A DNA stretch of 64,000 nucleotides from Parcubacteria group bacterium (GCA_016181845.1 JACOYO010000002.1:20780-84779), one strand, 5' to 3'. Shown: positions 1-10,582, numbered from the stretch's first letter. Made by a program: numbers and translations. The notes: a model not told the origin generated them from the letters alone.

Positions 1-518
1 CCGACCAAAAAGAAAAAGATAAATTGTTTGATGAATTTTCTATCCAAGAAGCAGGCGTGGGTTTCGCAATAAACGCCATTAACAGAGGGGAAATCTCTTT
101 TTATAAACCTGAATATCGTGATTTTAGAGAATATCTCTTGCCACACATTACAAAAGATGCTGATTTTCAAGACGCTGTTCTGAAAAAAGCGGAAGAATAT
201 ATAAACAAAGACGATTTGTTTGAAGCCCATGTTTTGATTAAGCAATTTATTCCAAAAGAAATCGTGTTGAAAGAAAATATCCATTTGCATATCAAACAAT
301 CGCTTATCCGTATACTTGAAAACAAACGATTTTTAATTACCGATTTCAAAAAAGCGCTATTTAATTTCAGTGATTTTATACCGGAAGACGCTCTTTTTGA
401 GCCGGAGATGCAAAAAGCGGCAAAAAAGGCGATTGCGAGATTGTCAAAAGAGGGGATAAATAATGAAACCATATTGCCCGACATTCTTGCAATGAAGGCA
501 TTGTTTCACATTGATTAA
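1..518 (+). CDS. hypothetical protein, probably 5'-truncated by the window edge
   Basis: Reading frame is open from the window start to TAA at 516-518; no recognised motif. Confidence 0.6.
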   Translation, partial: DQKEKDKLFDEFSIQEAGVGFAINAINRGEISFYKPEYRDFREYLLPHITKDADFQDAVLKKAEEYINKDDLFEAHVLIKQFIPKEIVLKENIHLHIKQSLIRILENKRFLITDFKKALFNFSDFIPEDALFEPEMQKAAKKAIARLSKEGINNETILPDILAMKALFHID

Positions 519-534
519 GTTGTTGTTAAAAACA

Positions 535-1761
535 TTATCTATCAAGCTCCGTTATCAACTGTTCTGTAAGAGTTGGGAGCATTTGTTCTGCAAACGCCCG
601 CATAAATGGTTCGGTGTTTCCTTCTTCAAACACGTTTGAGAGAGTTGTGTTTGTTTCTTTTTGAAACGTCCTGCTTACATACGAAGATGTGATGGCCCGT
701 AATTCGCGTTCTCCTGTGGTTTTCCCCTCGGTGCTGGTAGTTATCATTCCAACAAGTTTTCCGCTTTCTTGGCTCACAATAGCCCCGCCAGAAGACCCTT
801 TTTGAGAGATAATGTTTCCTTGCACCTCCATCAAATCAACAGACGGGACAGAGTCTGAAAATGTAAAAATGGATTGAATTTCTCCAATACTGGAAACAAG
901 CGACAATTCTCTTTGCAAAAACGCATCGCTTAAAAATTCAGCTGGGTAGCCGGCAAGCAGTACAGAACGATTTCCAACAAGGTTATTTTCGTCGGTTTCT
1001 ATATCAATAAATGGAAATGCTTTTGGTTTTTCTCCTCCGTCTGTCGGATTGCCTATAGACAAGAGCGCGTAATCGTACTGTCCTGTTCCTGTAGGATTTT
1101 GTGTTGAAATATCTTTTGCATGCACCTTCACCCACACCGGCGAGATAAATACCAAATCAAGCCCGAATGTCCGGTTGTTGCCGTCTCCTTGCCTCATCAT
1201 GCAAGAAATGAAGTTTTCTGTCTGATAATTCTTCAATAAAAAGTATTGTCCAACATGCGCGTTGGTAAGAATAATTCCATTGCTGGATATAATAATACCG
1301 CTTCCTGTAATGGGGGCGAGAGCTCCATCCGACTTGGTGGTACAAAAAATGTTCACCACCGCAGGACGAACCCTCTTGTTCAGTTCGGCAAACGGAACGC
1401 TCTCTTTGGTGGTGGATTTTTTTTCTTCTTCTTTCACAAGCGCGGAAAATTGTTTTGTGAGAGTGTTTGTTTCTTCAATTAATTTTTCAAGACGGTTGAT
1501 TGCCGTTTGTTTTTCTTTTGTTTCTTTGTTTTGTGAGTTGGCGGCAACTTCTACTGAAATTGTTTTGTTTGTATCTTCTTTTACTGCGGTTGTTTGTTGT
1601 TCTTTTTTTTCAACAAGAACCGCGGTGTTTGTTTCTGAAAAGTTTTCTTTGGCGGTCTGTTCTGTTTTTGGTTGGACATGAAAAATACCGGCAATAACCA
1701 TACCGACACCAACAATAAAAGCGATTGTTTTTGACGCAAAAACGCCAGCGAGTTCAAACAT
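535..1761 (-). CDS. membrane-anchored trypsin-like (S1) serine protease
   Basis: N-terminal TM; TGSGII..TNAHV (His), YDYAL (Asp) and KGSSGG (Ser) catalytic motifs. Confidence 0.85.
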   Translation of the reverse strand: MFELAGVFASKTIAFIVGVGMVIAGIFHVQPKTEQTAKENFSETNTAVLVEKKEQQTTAVKEDTNKTISVEVAANSQNKETKEKQTAINRLEKLIEETNTLTKQFSALVKEEEKKSTTKESVPFAELNKRVRPAVVNIFCTTKSDGALAPITGSGIIISSNGIILTNAHVGQYFLLKNYQTENFISCMMRQGDGNNRTFGLDLVFISPVWVKVHAKDISTQNPTGTGQYDYALLSIGNPTDGGEKPKAFPFIDIETDENNLVGNRSVLLAGYPAEFLSDAFLQRELSLVSSIGEIQSIFTFSDSVPSVDLMEVQGNIISQKGSSGGAIVSQESGKLVGMITTSTEGKTTGERELRAITSSYVSRTFQKETNTTLSNVFEEGNTEPFMRAFAEQMLPTLTEQLITELDR

Positions 1762-1808
1762 ATAAATTGTTAAATAAATTGTGCTTCATATATCAACACT
1801 GACCATTT

Positions 1809-1887
1809 AGACGTCCGACCTCTGACGTAGTAATTATTTTATTTGTTGCCAATGCCGATGTTTTACCGATTCAGAGGTCGGACGTCT
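1809..1887. mobile_element. 79-bp REPIN/MITE-like element, family A copy 1
   Basis: 17-bp terminal inverted repeats AGACGTCCGACCTCTGA...TCAGAGGTCGGACGTCT; four further copies in window. Confidence 0.85.
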
Positions 1888-1924
1888 TAATGTTTCGTAG
1901 TTCAAAATATATTTACCAACCACA

Positions 1925-2158
1925 TCACACCAACGGGTCGTGTGTGTGTTTTTGCCACGGGTGACATCGCGCGACACGAATAATAGACAAAAAAATCCCT
2001 TTGATTACGCCGTATTTCATAATCGCTTCTTTTGCGTATTGAGAACAGGTCGGATAAAAAACACAAGTGTTTTGACGCGACGACAATACGCCGGTATCGG
2101 GAGAAAAAAATTTCTGATACTGATTAATGATGGCTAGAATGATTGTTTTTGTGTTCAT
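1925..2158 (-). CDS. yidD: membrane protein insertion efficiency factor YidD
   Basis: CxFYPTCSQY...RCHPW motif; lies next to rnpA. Confidence 0.92.
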   Translation of the reverse strand: MNTKTIILAIINQYQKFFSPDTGVLSSRQNTCVFYPTCSQYAKEAIMKYGVIKGIFLSIIRVARCHPWQKHTHDPLV

Positions 2159-2162
2159 AGTG

Positions 2163-2504
2163 TTACGACCATGCTCCTATTTTTTTTAACAACGTCTCAA
2201 TTTCCGCATGAAAACCTGCCGGAGATAATTTTTCCGCGCCCTTTTTTAATAAAAACGCCGCCACAAAAGATGGTTTGATTGTTTTTTTATTCCTTTGCAA
2301 AAAAGCATAGCCGCGTCTTTTCAGTTTGTTTCTTTCTGTCGCTTTTGCGGCAACTTTTTTTGACACAACAAAAGCAAAGCGTGATGGAAACATTTCATCT
2401 TTTTTAGAAAACAAAACAGATAAAAGCGGCGATGAGACGCTTTTTTTTCGGCTTAAAATATTTTTGAAGAGCATCCGCGAAATTTTTTGTTTTTTTGCGA
2501 GCAT
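2163..2504 (-). CDS. rnpA: ribonuclease P protein component
   Basis: RFAFVVSKKVAAKATERNKLKRR (RNR motif); rpmH-rnpA-yidD synteny. Confidence 0.92.
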   Translation of the reverse strand: MLAKKQKISRMLFKNILSRKKSVSSPLLSVLFSKKDEMFPSRFAFVVSKKVAAKATERNKLKRRGYAFLQRNKKTIKPSFVAAFLLKKGAEKLSPAGFHAEIETLLKKIGAWS

Positions 2505-2535
2505 GCAAAGCGTATTTTTTGTTTTTTAAACAAAA

Positions 2536-2670
2536 TTACACCGAAAGCCGCGAGCGGCCCTTTCTTCGGCGGCGCCGTATAACATTTTTTCCTGTTTTAC
2601 TTCGCAAACGAACCAAAAAACCGTGTGTTTTGGCTCGTTTTCTTTTTTTTGGTTGATAAGTGATTGACAT
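2536..2670 (-). CDS. rpmH: 50S ribosomal protein L34
   Basis: Translated by hand (absent from the ORF track): [44 protein letters not shown]. Confidence 0.95.
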   Translation of the reverse strand: MSITYQPKKRKRAKTHGFLVRLRSKTGKNVIRRRRRKGRSRLSV

Positions 2671-2828
2671 GGTGTTGAAAGTTGAAATTAGAAATCAAAA
2701 AGTATGGATAAAAATCGTTTTGTTTTTTTGCGCCCGCAATTGATGTTATACACATAGTATTAACATACTGTGCACTTTTTAACAAGTTTCTTATTTAACA
2801 ACATCATACTATAATCATCAGTAACCTG

Positions 2829-4193
2829 ATGTTACTACACTCATCTTTTATGGGAGACACAAAACAATTGTGGCACGACACATTAAATGAAATAGAGACA
2901 AGTGTGTCAAAAGCAAATTTTAGCACGTGGTTTAAGCATACCCACGTGCTAAAACAAGACGACGGGGTAGTGCACGTTGGTGTCCCGAACCCGTTTGTGA
3001 AGGATTGGCTTCAAAGCAAGTACCATAAGCTTATTTTGAAGTCGCTTCGTGGAATTTGCGATGGGGTTCGCGGTGTTGAATATGTTATCTCAAAAGACTC
3101 TGGTGTTGAAGAACCTGTGGTTATTTCTTTTCCTGAAAAAGAGTTTCTTAACGAGCGTTTCCCGATCGGAGATCTTTCGGTAAACAAAGAAGATAATTTG
3201 AACCCGCGATATACGTTTGATACGTTTGTAATCGGAGCTTTTAACGAGACGGCCTACGCCGCGTCTCAAACCATCATAAAAACACCAGGGTCTGCGTTTA
3301 ATCCGTTTTGTGTGTATGGACCAACAGGGCTTGGGAAGACACACCTTATACAATCAATCGGCAACTACTTAAAAAAAGAGGGTGCGCGTGTTTTCTACAC
3401 AACATCAGAAAAATTTTCTCTTGACTACATTACATCCGTTCAAAACAATAAAATAAATGTTTTTAAGGAAAAATATCGCTCGTACGACGTGTTTATAATG
3501 GATGACATTCAGTTTCTGTCAAACAAAGAACGCACGCAAGAAGAGCTTTTCCATCTTTTTAACGTTTTGTACGACAACAATAAACAAATTATTTTTTCAT
3601 CAGACAAGCACCACAACTATATTCCAGGGCTTGAAGACCGCTTGAAGTCGCGCTTTAACGCCGGAATGAACGCCGACATAAATCCGCCGGAATATGAATC
3701 AAAAATCGCAATTTTGCGTGCAAAACTAAATCAGCATAATTTTATTCCTCAAGAGTCGGTCCTTGAATATATCGCGTCTTCAACAACATCAAACATACGC
3801 GAATTAGAGGGGATATTAAACATTATTGCCTTTCAAACACAATTAAAAAAACACTCACTTTCCATAAACGAAGTTCGCGAAATCATAAAAAACAGCACTC
3901 GTCCAAAAAAAACAAAGACAATAGAAGAGGTAATAAGAATTACTGCCGGTTTTTACAACATTGAAGAAGAAATTATCTACAAAAAGACACGGAGGAGGGA
4001 GGTGGTGCGTCCGCGGCAAATTATTATGTATCTCCTCCGTGAGGATTTTAGCACTTCTTTTCCTCTTATCGGACAAAAACTCGGAGGGAGAGATCATACG
4101 ACCGTCATTCACGCGTATGAAAAGATAAAAGAAGACCTGAAAAAAGACAGCACTTTAAACCACGAGATAACACAGATACGGACCATGATATGA
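2829..4193 (+). CDS. dnaA: chromosomal replication initiator DnaA
   Basis: LNPRYTFDTFV, Walker A GPTGLGKT, DDIQF, domain IV GGRDHTTVIHA; the true start may be ATG at 2850. Confidence 0.98.
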   Translation: MLLHSSFMGDTKQLWHDTLNEIETSVSKANFSTWFKHTHVLKQDDGVVHVGVPNPFVKDWLQSKYHKLILKSLRGICDGVRGVEYVISKDSGVEEPVVISFPEKEFLNERFPIGDLSVNKEDNLNPRYTFDTFVIGAFNETAYAASQTIIKTPGSAFNPFCVYGPTGLGKTHLIQSIGNYLKKEGARVFYTTSEKFSLDYITSVQNNKINVFKEKYRSYDVFIMDDIQFLSNKERTQEELFHLFNVLYDNNKQIIFSSDKHHNYIPGLEDRLKSRFNAGMNADINPPEYESKIAILRAKLNQHNFIPQESVLEYIASSTTSNIRELEGILNIIAFQTQLKKHSLSINEVREIIKNSTRPKKTKTIEEVIRITAGFYNIEEEIIYKKTRRREVVRPRQIIMYLLREDFSTSFPLIGQKLGGRDHTTVIHAYEKIKEDLKKDSTLNHEITQIRTMI

Positions 4194-4473
4194 TGAGGTT
4201 TTGTTGTTGATATGTTTGTTGAAAACGAGTTTATAAAAAAGTAATTCCTGTTGAAAAAAATGTGACAAAAAAATATTTTTCTGAAAAACCAAAATAAAAA
4301 ATTTCTTTTCCACAGGAAACGCTTTGGTTGAGAGTAAAAAACCTTTTCTTTTTCGGAATAATAAAAATTATCAACATATCAACAGACATCATATCAATAT
4401 ATAATAATTTCTAACTTATATTCATTTATTATTATTTATTCAAATCGGACAAAAAATATTTTTCAACGCAAAC
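4194..4473. promoter_or_regulatory. putative oriC (dnaA-dnaN intergenic region) with DnaA-box-like 9-mers
   Basis: AT-rich; TTTTCCACA 4306-4314, TTATCAACA 4368-4376, ATATCAACA 4376-4384; reverse-strand copies at 4205, 4217, 4249. Confidence 0.7.
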
Positions 4474-5574
4474 ATGAAAGCAGAAACAATAATTGAAAAA
4501 ATAAAAATAGCCGCAACGACCGCGGAGAAAATGACCGGAAAAAACCTTTCTTTACCGGCGTTAAAATCAATTCTTCTTATTGCAAAACAAAAATCGGTCA
4601 TTATAAAAGCAACCAATCTTGATATAGGGATTGAATACGAAATCCCAGCAAAAGTTGAAGAAGAGGGGGTTGCCGCCATACCAGGCGCTATTCTTGGCGG
4701 AATGCTTTCCGGATTATCCGGAGAAGAAATCGTTTCCATTGAATCGGTAAACAACAATGTCCTTTTTTCAACAAAAAAGAATTCAACAGTGTTAAAGACA
4801 ACCCCGTACGAAGACTTTCCTCTCATTCCTAAAATTTCCAACGGAGAAAAAATGATTATCTCGGCGGAAAAATTAATATCCGGATTGAGGTCGGTGTGGT
4901 ATAGCGCCGCGCTATCGGACATTAAACCGGAAATAGCGAGTGTATATTTGTATCAAAATGAAAAAAACATCGTTTTTGTTGCAACAGATTCTTTTCGTTT
5001 GGCTGAAAAAAAGATAGAAAACAAAAAAGACACAAACGCTGACGGGGTCATTGTTCCGCTTAAAAATGTTTCAGAAATAATAAGGGTTTTTGGAGAAAGA
5101 AGTGGTGATATTGAGATACTTTTCAACAAAAACCAAATTTCGTTTGAAAACAACGGCGTTTATGTTTTTTCAAGGACAATAGACGGTGTTTTTCCAGATT
5201 ACCAGCAGATTATTCCAAAAGAACACACGACCGAGGCGATTGTTTTGAAAAAAGATTTTCAAAACGCGCTAAAAATAGCAACAATTTTTTCTGAAAAATT
5301 TAATCAGGTTGTTTTTACCATTAAACCAAAAGATTCTTATTTTGAAATAAAATCAAAAAATAGCGCTATCGGCGAAAATACAACAACCATGGATGCATCA
5401 ATTTCAGGTGAAGACATTGTTATGGGTTTTAACGCAAAATATATTTCTGACAGCATGCAATCAATCGCCGAAGACAGCATTCTTCTGCAGTTTAACGGCC
5501 CAAACAAGCCACTGGTGATAAAAGGACTGTCAAACAAAAGTTTTCGTTATTTGGTAATGCCAATGAATCGTTGA
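4474..5574 (+). CDS. dnaN: DNA polymerase III beta clamp
   Basis: ATDSFRLAE, FPDYQQIIP, C-terminal YLVMPM; follows dnaA. Confidence 0.97.
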   Translation: MKAETIIEKIKIAATTAEKMTGKNLSLPALKSILLIAKQKSVIIKATNLDIGIEYEIPAKVEEEGVAAIPGAILGGMLSGLSGEEIVSIESVNNNVLFSTKKNSTVLKTTPYEDFPLIPKISNGEKMIISAEKLISGLRSVWYSAALSDIKPEIASVYLYQNEKNIVFVATDSFRLAEKKIENKKDTNADGVIVPLKNVSEIIRVFGERSGDIEILFNKNQISFENNGVYVFSRTIDGVFPDYQQIIPKEHTTEAIVLKKDFQNALKIATIFSEKFNQVVFTIKPKDSYFEIKSKNSAIGENTTTMDASISGEDIVMGFNAKYISDSMQSIAEDSILLQFNGPNKPLVIKGLSNKSFRYLVMPMNR

Positions 5575-5589
5575 TTTTTTAAGAAACAC

Positions 5590-5850
5590 ATGGCGCTTCC
5601 CATTATAGATTTTTTAAAAAAATTCAAAACGTTTGTTCCTCAAGAAAAAATAATGAGAGACGAACTCATTCGTGTTGTGAAAGAAGAAACCGGTATTTTA
5701 TTGTCAAAAGAAAATATTTCTTTTCACAACAACATGGTTTTTATCAATACGTCCCCGACAATAAAAAACGAATTGTTTATGCGAAAAAAACACCTCCTTT
5801 CAGAGATGAAAAAAAAGATGGGAGATACCGCGCCTCACGATATACGTTAA
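5590..5850 (+). CDS. small protein, possibly DciA/DUF721-like
   Basis: 86 aa directly after dnaN; pattern ..FINTSPTIKNELFMRKKHLL.. resembles the DciA core. Confidence 0.5.
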   Translation: MALPIIDFLKKFKTFVPQEKIMRDELIRVVKEETGILLSKENISFHNNMVFINTSPTIKNELFMRKKHLLSEMKKKMGDTAPHDIR

Positions 5851-5856
5851 AAAACA

Positions 5857-8370
5857 CTAAAAAACAACTCTAAATTCTTGCGTTGCAGAACTCTTGTTGA
5901 AAACAGAGTCGGTTGAGATTACCCGCAGTGTGTTGATTTCTTTTATGTCTACAATATCATCAGGAATGAAAGAAAAAATAAACGGCTCTTTTTTTACCGA
6001 CCCCGCATATACATCGTTGATAAAATAATCAACAGACGAAAGGGGAAATCGCAGTTGTTTATTCAACAAAACACTTATTTTCGCGCCCACAGGATACAAA
6101 ATGGATTGTGTCGGTGAAACAATGGTTATTTTTGGAGAAAGAGCCGGTGTATGAATATCATCCGTTTCTGTCGGCGGAACAACAGAAGAAGACTGCAATA
6201 AACCATTAGAGAGCGCCCATTTTTGGACGGCAGTTTCCCATAAAACAAACTGCGGGTCTTGCTCAGGACGCTCTAGAGGAGCTCCAAGCGGATTGTTTTT
6301 GTCAATCCAGTATAAAATTGAATGGATGTTTGGTATAACACGCTCGTCGCGAGTTTCTTTTGGGGTGTACTCGGTTGCAAGTTTTCCGGAAATAGTATCA
6401 ACAAAGTATGTTTCACCGCCTTTCCATATACCACGGAGGATCGGCTTTGTGTTTTCATTTTTTATTTCTTGCGGGGTTTTAAATTTTTCATTTGGAGTTT
6501 TTTTGATAACTTCCTGCATAAACTCATTCCACATCGGGGCAATAATGAAACCAGCCACCTTTTTTTCCATTGGAGAATTATCGTTGTTTCCAGCCCACGC
6601 GCCAACCGCTATTCCTGTGGTATACCCGACAATCCAAGCATCGCGATAATCGTTTGTTGTTCCTGTTTTTGCCGCGACATCTCGCCCGGGGAAGAAAAGG
6701 TACGACTGTTCTCCGAAAGCCGGAGCGCGAGCTTCGTTGTCGGATAACACGCTTGATATTTGAAGAGCGACCCCTTCATCAAGAACCCGTTCCGGGCGCT
6801 CCTCGGCGTTTTCAAGTACGTTGCCCACAGCGTCTTCAACATGAAGAATGCCGCGTGGGGTATTTTTTATTCCATTGTTTGCGAAAACCCCATACGCGCC
6901 TGTGATATCTAAAAGAGAAACCTCACCACCGCCCAAAACAAGCGTGAGACCATAGCGATTCGCGTCTCCGGAAATATCAATTCCCATGCTTTGCGCGGTG
7001 CGAATAGAATCACCAATTCCTGAAAGATACAACACTTTGATTGCCGGAATATTGATAGATTGAGCGAGGGCGGTTCGCAACGACACCGGACCGCGAAATA
7101 CCCCATCGTAATTTTCAGGCATATAACACGCATCAGGGTCTCCTTCGGGAGAATAGGGCTTTCCTTCCGGCGTACAGGTTGTCTGAAATTCTGTCTCCAC
7201 ATCAAACACAACCGTGTCCGGCGAATATCCTTTTTTGAACGCGGTTGCGTATACAAACGGCTTGAACGCCGACCCTGGTTGGCGATGAGACAATGCGACA
7301 TTAAAATTTCCATCAATAGCACTGTCAAAATAATTGCGTGAACCAACCATTACCAAAATATCTCCTGTTTTTGGTTCTACCGCCACAAGCCCCGCGTTTG
7401 AAGCGTTGAATTTTTTTTCATTTTCAAGCGCGTTTCGCGACACAATATCTTCCGCTGTTTTTTGTAGTTCGTAATCAAGCGTCGTAATAACTTTTAACCC
7501 GCCGTTGTTTACCACTTCTTTTCCATACTTTTCTTCAAGGTAAGAACGGATAAACATCACAAAGTGCGGCGCTTTTATGCTCTGCTCTTCCTGTGGAGCA
7601 AAAAGCACCTTCTCTTCGCGTGCTTTTTTGTATTCGTCTTCTGAAATAAACTTAAGTTCTAACATGCGGTCAAGAACAAAATTCTTTCTTTCTTCAAGTT
7701 TGTCGCGATGGATTCCATACGGAGAATAGTAAGTCGGAGCGTTTGGAAGAGCGGCTAGATACGCCGCTTCGGCTAGGGTGACATCTTTTGCTTTTTTACC
7801 AAAAAACGCGAGACTCGCTTCCTCAATTCCGTATAGGTTTCCTCCATACGGAGATTCGTTCAGATATAATCCCAAAATTTGCTCTTTGCTGGCGATTTTT
7901 TCAAGCTTGAGCGCGAGCACCCATTCTTTGAGTTTGCGCGAAATTTTCTTTTCGGTCGTAAGCAGGGAATTCTTTACCACTTGTTGTGTAATGGTGGAAC
8001 CGCCCTGGCTGAAACCGAGCTTTGTGATGTTAACCAATATCGCGCGAATAATGGCTTTTGGTTTGATTCCGTTGTGCTGATAAAATTCAGCATCCTCAAT
8101 CGCCACTGCGGCGTTTTTTATGTTGCGTGAAATTTCACCATACGGAACAACCGTACGCCGCAAGTTGCTCCCAAGGTCAAACAAAAGGACTTCGCCGGTG
8201 CGGTCGTATATTTTTGTTGATTGAACCACTTGCCGCGCGTCAAACGTGTCAAACGACGGCATGGTAATGGTTGAAAACCAAAAAAGGAGCAATCCTGCGA
8301 ACAAAAAGCATAGAGCGACAAAACCAACAAGAACGTCAATCAATTTTTGATGGCGGCGGTGTTTTGCCAT
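5857..8370 (-). CDS. bifunctional penicillin-binding protein (class A, PBP1A family)
   Basis: Transglycosylase EDAEFYQH, QGGSTITQQ, RKLKE; transpeptidase SAFK, SIN, KTGT; start taken at MAKHRRH. Confidence 0.95.
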   Translation of the reverse strand: MAKHRRHQKLIDVLVGFVALCFLFAGLLLFWFSTITMPSFDTFDARQVVQSTKIYDRTGEVLLFDLGSNLRRTVVPYGEISRNIKNAAVAIEDAEFYQHNGIKPKAIIRAILVNITKLGFSQGGSTITQQVVKNSLLTTEKKISRKLKEWVLALKLEKIASKEQILGLYLNESPYGGNLYGIEEASLAFFGKKAKDVTLAEAAYLAALPNAPTYYSPYGIHRDKLEERKNFVLDRMLELKFISEDEYKKAREEKVLFAPQEEQSIKAPHFVMFIRSYLEEKYGKEVVNNGGLKVITTLDYELQKTAEDIVSRNALENEKKFNASNAGLVAVEPKTGDILVMVGSRNYFDSAIDGNFNVALSHRQPGSAFKPFVYATAFKKGYSPDTVVFDVETEFQTTCTPEGKPYSPEGDPDACYMPENYDGVFRGPVSLRTALAQSINIPAIKVLYLSGIGDSIRTAQSMGIDISGDANRYGLTLVLGGGEVSLLDITGAYGVFANNGIKNTPRGILHVEDAVGNVLENAEERPERVLDEGVALQISSVLSDNEARAPAFGEQSYLFFPGRDVAAKTGTTNDYRDAWIVGYTTGIAVGAWAGNNDNSPMEKKVAGFIIAPMWNEFMQEVIKKTPNEKFKTPQEIKNENTKPILRGIWKGGETYFVDTISGKLATEYTPKETRDERVIPNIHSILYWIDKNNPLGAPLERPEQDPQFVLWETAVQKWALSNGLLQSSSVVPPTETDDIHTPALSPKITIVSPTQSILYPVGAKISVLLNKQLRFPLSSVDYFINDVYAGSVKKEPFIFSFIPDDIVDIKEINTLRVISTDSVFNKSSATQEFRVVF

Positions 8371-8441
8371 ATAGCAGAAAATATACCACAAAACAAGGAG
8401 ATTACATAGCCGCCACACGTGAAACATGCTACGATACAAAC

Positions 8442-9632
8442 ATGGGGACAAACAAAGACGGGGAAAAAATAAACGAAATGCTCACTCGCGGAGTGGAAGA
8501 AGTTTTTGTGCTGAAACACCTGGAAGAAGCGCTTTTGTCGGGAAAAAAACTGCGGGTGAAATATGGCATTGACCCGACCGGACCATCTATTCATCTTGGA
8601 CGCGCGAGCACGTTAAGAAAAGTGAAAGCGTTTCAGGACGCGGGACACCAGATTGTGCTTGTGGTCGGGGATTTTACCGCGCGCATCGGCGACCCATCCG
8701 ACAAACTGGAAAAACGTCCGATGCTCTCGCGAGAAAAAGTGGAAGAAAACACCCGAGAATATGAGGCGCTTTTAGGAAAAATTTTAGACTTGAACCACGT
8801 GGAGATTCGCCTCAACAGCGAATGGCTTTCAAACTTGCGATTTGATGAAGTGGCCGACCTTGCCGAAAGCTTCTCTGTCCAGCAGATGAGCGCGCGGAGA
8901 AATTTCAAAGACAGGATGGAGCGGGGGGAGGAGATAAGTTTGCGCGAGTTTTTATATCCGCTCATGCAGGGATACGATTCGTTTGCCGTGCGGGCGGATG
9001 TTGAAATCGGCGGTTTTGACCAGTTATTTAATTTGCAGGCGGGACGCGCGGTGCAAAAACACTATGGACAGCCGGAACAAGATATCATCACCACAGAAAT
9101 GCTTCCGGGCACTGACGGCAGAAAGATGTCAACTTCGTGGAAAAATGTGATAAACATTAACGACGAGCCGAATGATATGTTTGGAAAAATTATGTCGCTT
9201 GATGACAAGTTGATTAACAATTATTTTATTCTTTGCACCGACCTCTCTTCTCCTGACATTGAAAACATTATTAAAAAACACTCTAATCCGCGCGACCAAA
9301 AAATGATTCTTGGAAAAGAAATTGTCGCGCTCTATCACAACAAAGAAGCGGGGGACGCGGCAGAAGCGGTTTTTATCAAAACGTTTCAAAAAAAAGAAAT
9401 GCCGGACAACACGAAAGAATTCATTGCTCCGGCGGAAAGTTTTTTAAGCGACGTTCTCATTGATGGGGGAATCGTGCCGTCAAAAAGCGAATGGAAACGG
9501 CTTGTTGAAGGGGGGGCGGTTCACGATGTTTTAAATAAAACAGTCATTAAAGATTTGCGCGCGACTCTAAACAATAAGCCGCTTTCTTTAAAAATCGGCA
9601 AAAAAGTTTTTGTTAAAATTATTCCGGAATAA
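8442..9632 (+). CDS. tyrS: tyrosine--tRNA ligase
   Basis: GIDPTGPSIHLG, YPLMQGYD, GGFDQ, KMSTS. Confidence 0.96.
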   Translation: MGTNKDGEKINEMLTRGVEEVFVLKHLEEALLSGKKLRVKYGIDPTGPSIHLGRASTLRKVKAFQDAGHQIVLVVGDFTARIGDPSDKLEKRPMLSREKVEENTREYEALLGKILDLNHVEIRLNSEWLSNLRFDEVADLAESFSVQQMSARRNFKDRMERGEEISLREFLYPLMQGYDSFAVRADVEIGGFDQLFNLQAGRAVQKHYGQPEQDIITTEMLPGTDGRKMSTSWKNVININDEPNDMFGKIMSLDDKLINNYFILCTDLSSPDIENIIKKHSNPRDQKMILGKEIVALYHNKEAGDAAEAVFIKTFQKKEMPDNTKEFIAPAESFLSDVLIDGGIVPSKSEWKRLVEGGAVHDVLNKTVIKDLRATLNNKPLSLKIGKKVFVKIIPE

Positions 9633-9660
9633 TTCTCTTTCCTGTCGGCAATGTTGCACA

Positions 9661-9702
9661 AAAAAAACAACACCCCGTGTTATACGCGGAGTGTTGTTTT
9701 TT
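9661..9702. terminator. bidirectional intrinsic terminator
   Basis: AAAAAAACAACACCCCGTG...CGCGGAGTGTTGTTTTTT hairpin between convergent ORFs. Confidence 0.65.
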
Positions 9703-9711
9703 ACCATTAAA

Positions 9712-9882
9712 TTAATATCCCGATTCGCTTTCTTCAACCCCGTCACCTTTTTCGCCCGCGTCATCCGTGTCGTCTTCTTTTTCCTCTCCAAACTCATCTT
9801 CGTCTCCTGTGTCATCGCCTTCTATCTCATCGGTATCGCCGATATAAAGCTCATCGTTTGCAAGATATTGGTCTGTACTCAT
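9712..9882 (-). CDS. 56-aa highly acidic microprotein
   Basis: Translated by hand: MSTDQYLANDELYIGDTDEIEGDDTGDEDEFGEEKEDDTDDAGEKGDGVEESESGY; followed by a terminator. Confidence 0.6.
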   Translation of the reverse strand: MSTDQYLANDELYIGDTDEIEGDDTGDEDEFGEEKEDDTDDAGEKGDGVEESESGY

Positions 9883-10075
9883 GATAAAGATTATTTTTGT
9901 CTTTCAAATTAATGCGACCTTTTATAATTATATTTTTGCCGAAAAAACAGGCAAAAAATTATCTTATTCTTTGTATCAAACATAAAAATTTTTGCAATAC
10001 CCACTGCCCGCCGCTGTGGATAATTCTTTTGCGCATACCACAGCGTGCTGTTTTTAAGAAAGATTTTGCCGATTT

Positions 10076-10576
10076 TTACGCTGTGGACAAAAGCTTTTTT
10101 AAGGCGGACGTTTTGCGCGAAGCAAGGTGGGTAATCCCAACGGCGATTGCGTCGTATTCGTCATCAAGCGCGGTTTTTTTTATCGGCGCTATTCTGGATA
10201 TCATAGACATCATTTGTTTTTTATCGGCGCGTCCGTATCCGGTTACCGCTATTTTTATTTGAAGTGGAGTATACTCTGAAACAGAAAGATTGTTTGCGAC
10301 GGCGAGATAGAGAATGGCGCCGCGTACCTCTGCCACCCGCATGGCGGTTTTTTGATTGCTGGTAAAAAAAAGCGTTTCAATAGCAAGCGCTTCCGGCTTG
10401 AATTTTTTAATGACCAAAATTATTTCTTCACCAATAAGCCCTAATCTTTTTTCAAAATGGTCTTTTGGAGAAGTTTTGAAACAAGCCGAGTAAAGCACGG
10501 CTGGTTGAGACGCGTCTCCTTCAAGAACGGCAATACCCAATCGTTCAAAACCCGGGTCAATGGCAAGTACTTTCAT
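10076..10576 (-). CDS. ruvC: Holliday junction resolvase RuvC
   Basis: LAIDPG, AIETLFF, GYGRADK, DDEYDAIAVG. Confidence 0.96.
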   Translation of the reverse strand: MKVLAIDPGFERLGIAVLEGDASQPAVLYSACFKTSPKDHFEKRLGLIGEEIILVIKKFKPEALAIETLFFTSNQKTAMRVAEVRGAILYLAVANNLSVSEYTPLQIKIAVTGYGRADKKQMMSMISRIAPIKKTALDDEYDAIAVGITHLASRKTSALKKLLSTA

Positions 10577-10582
10577 AAAAAA

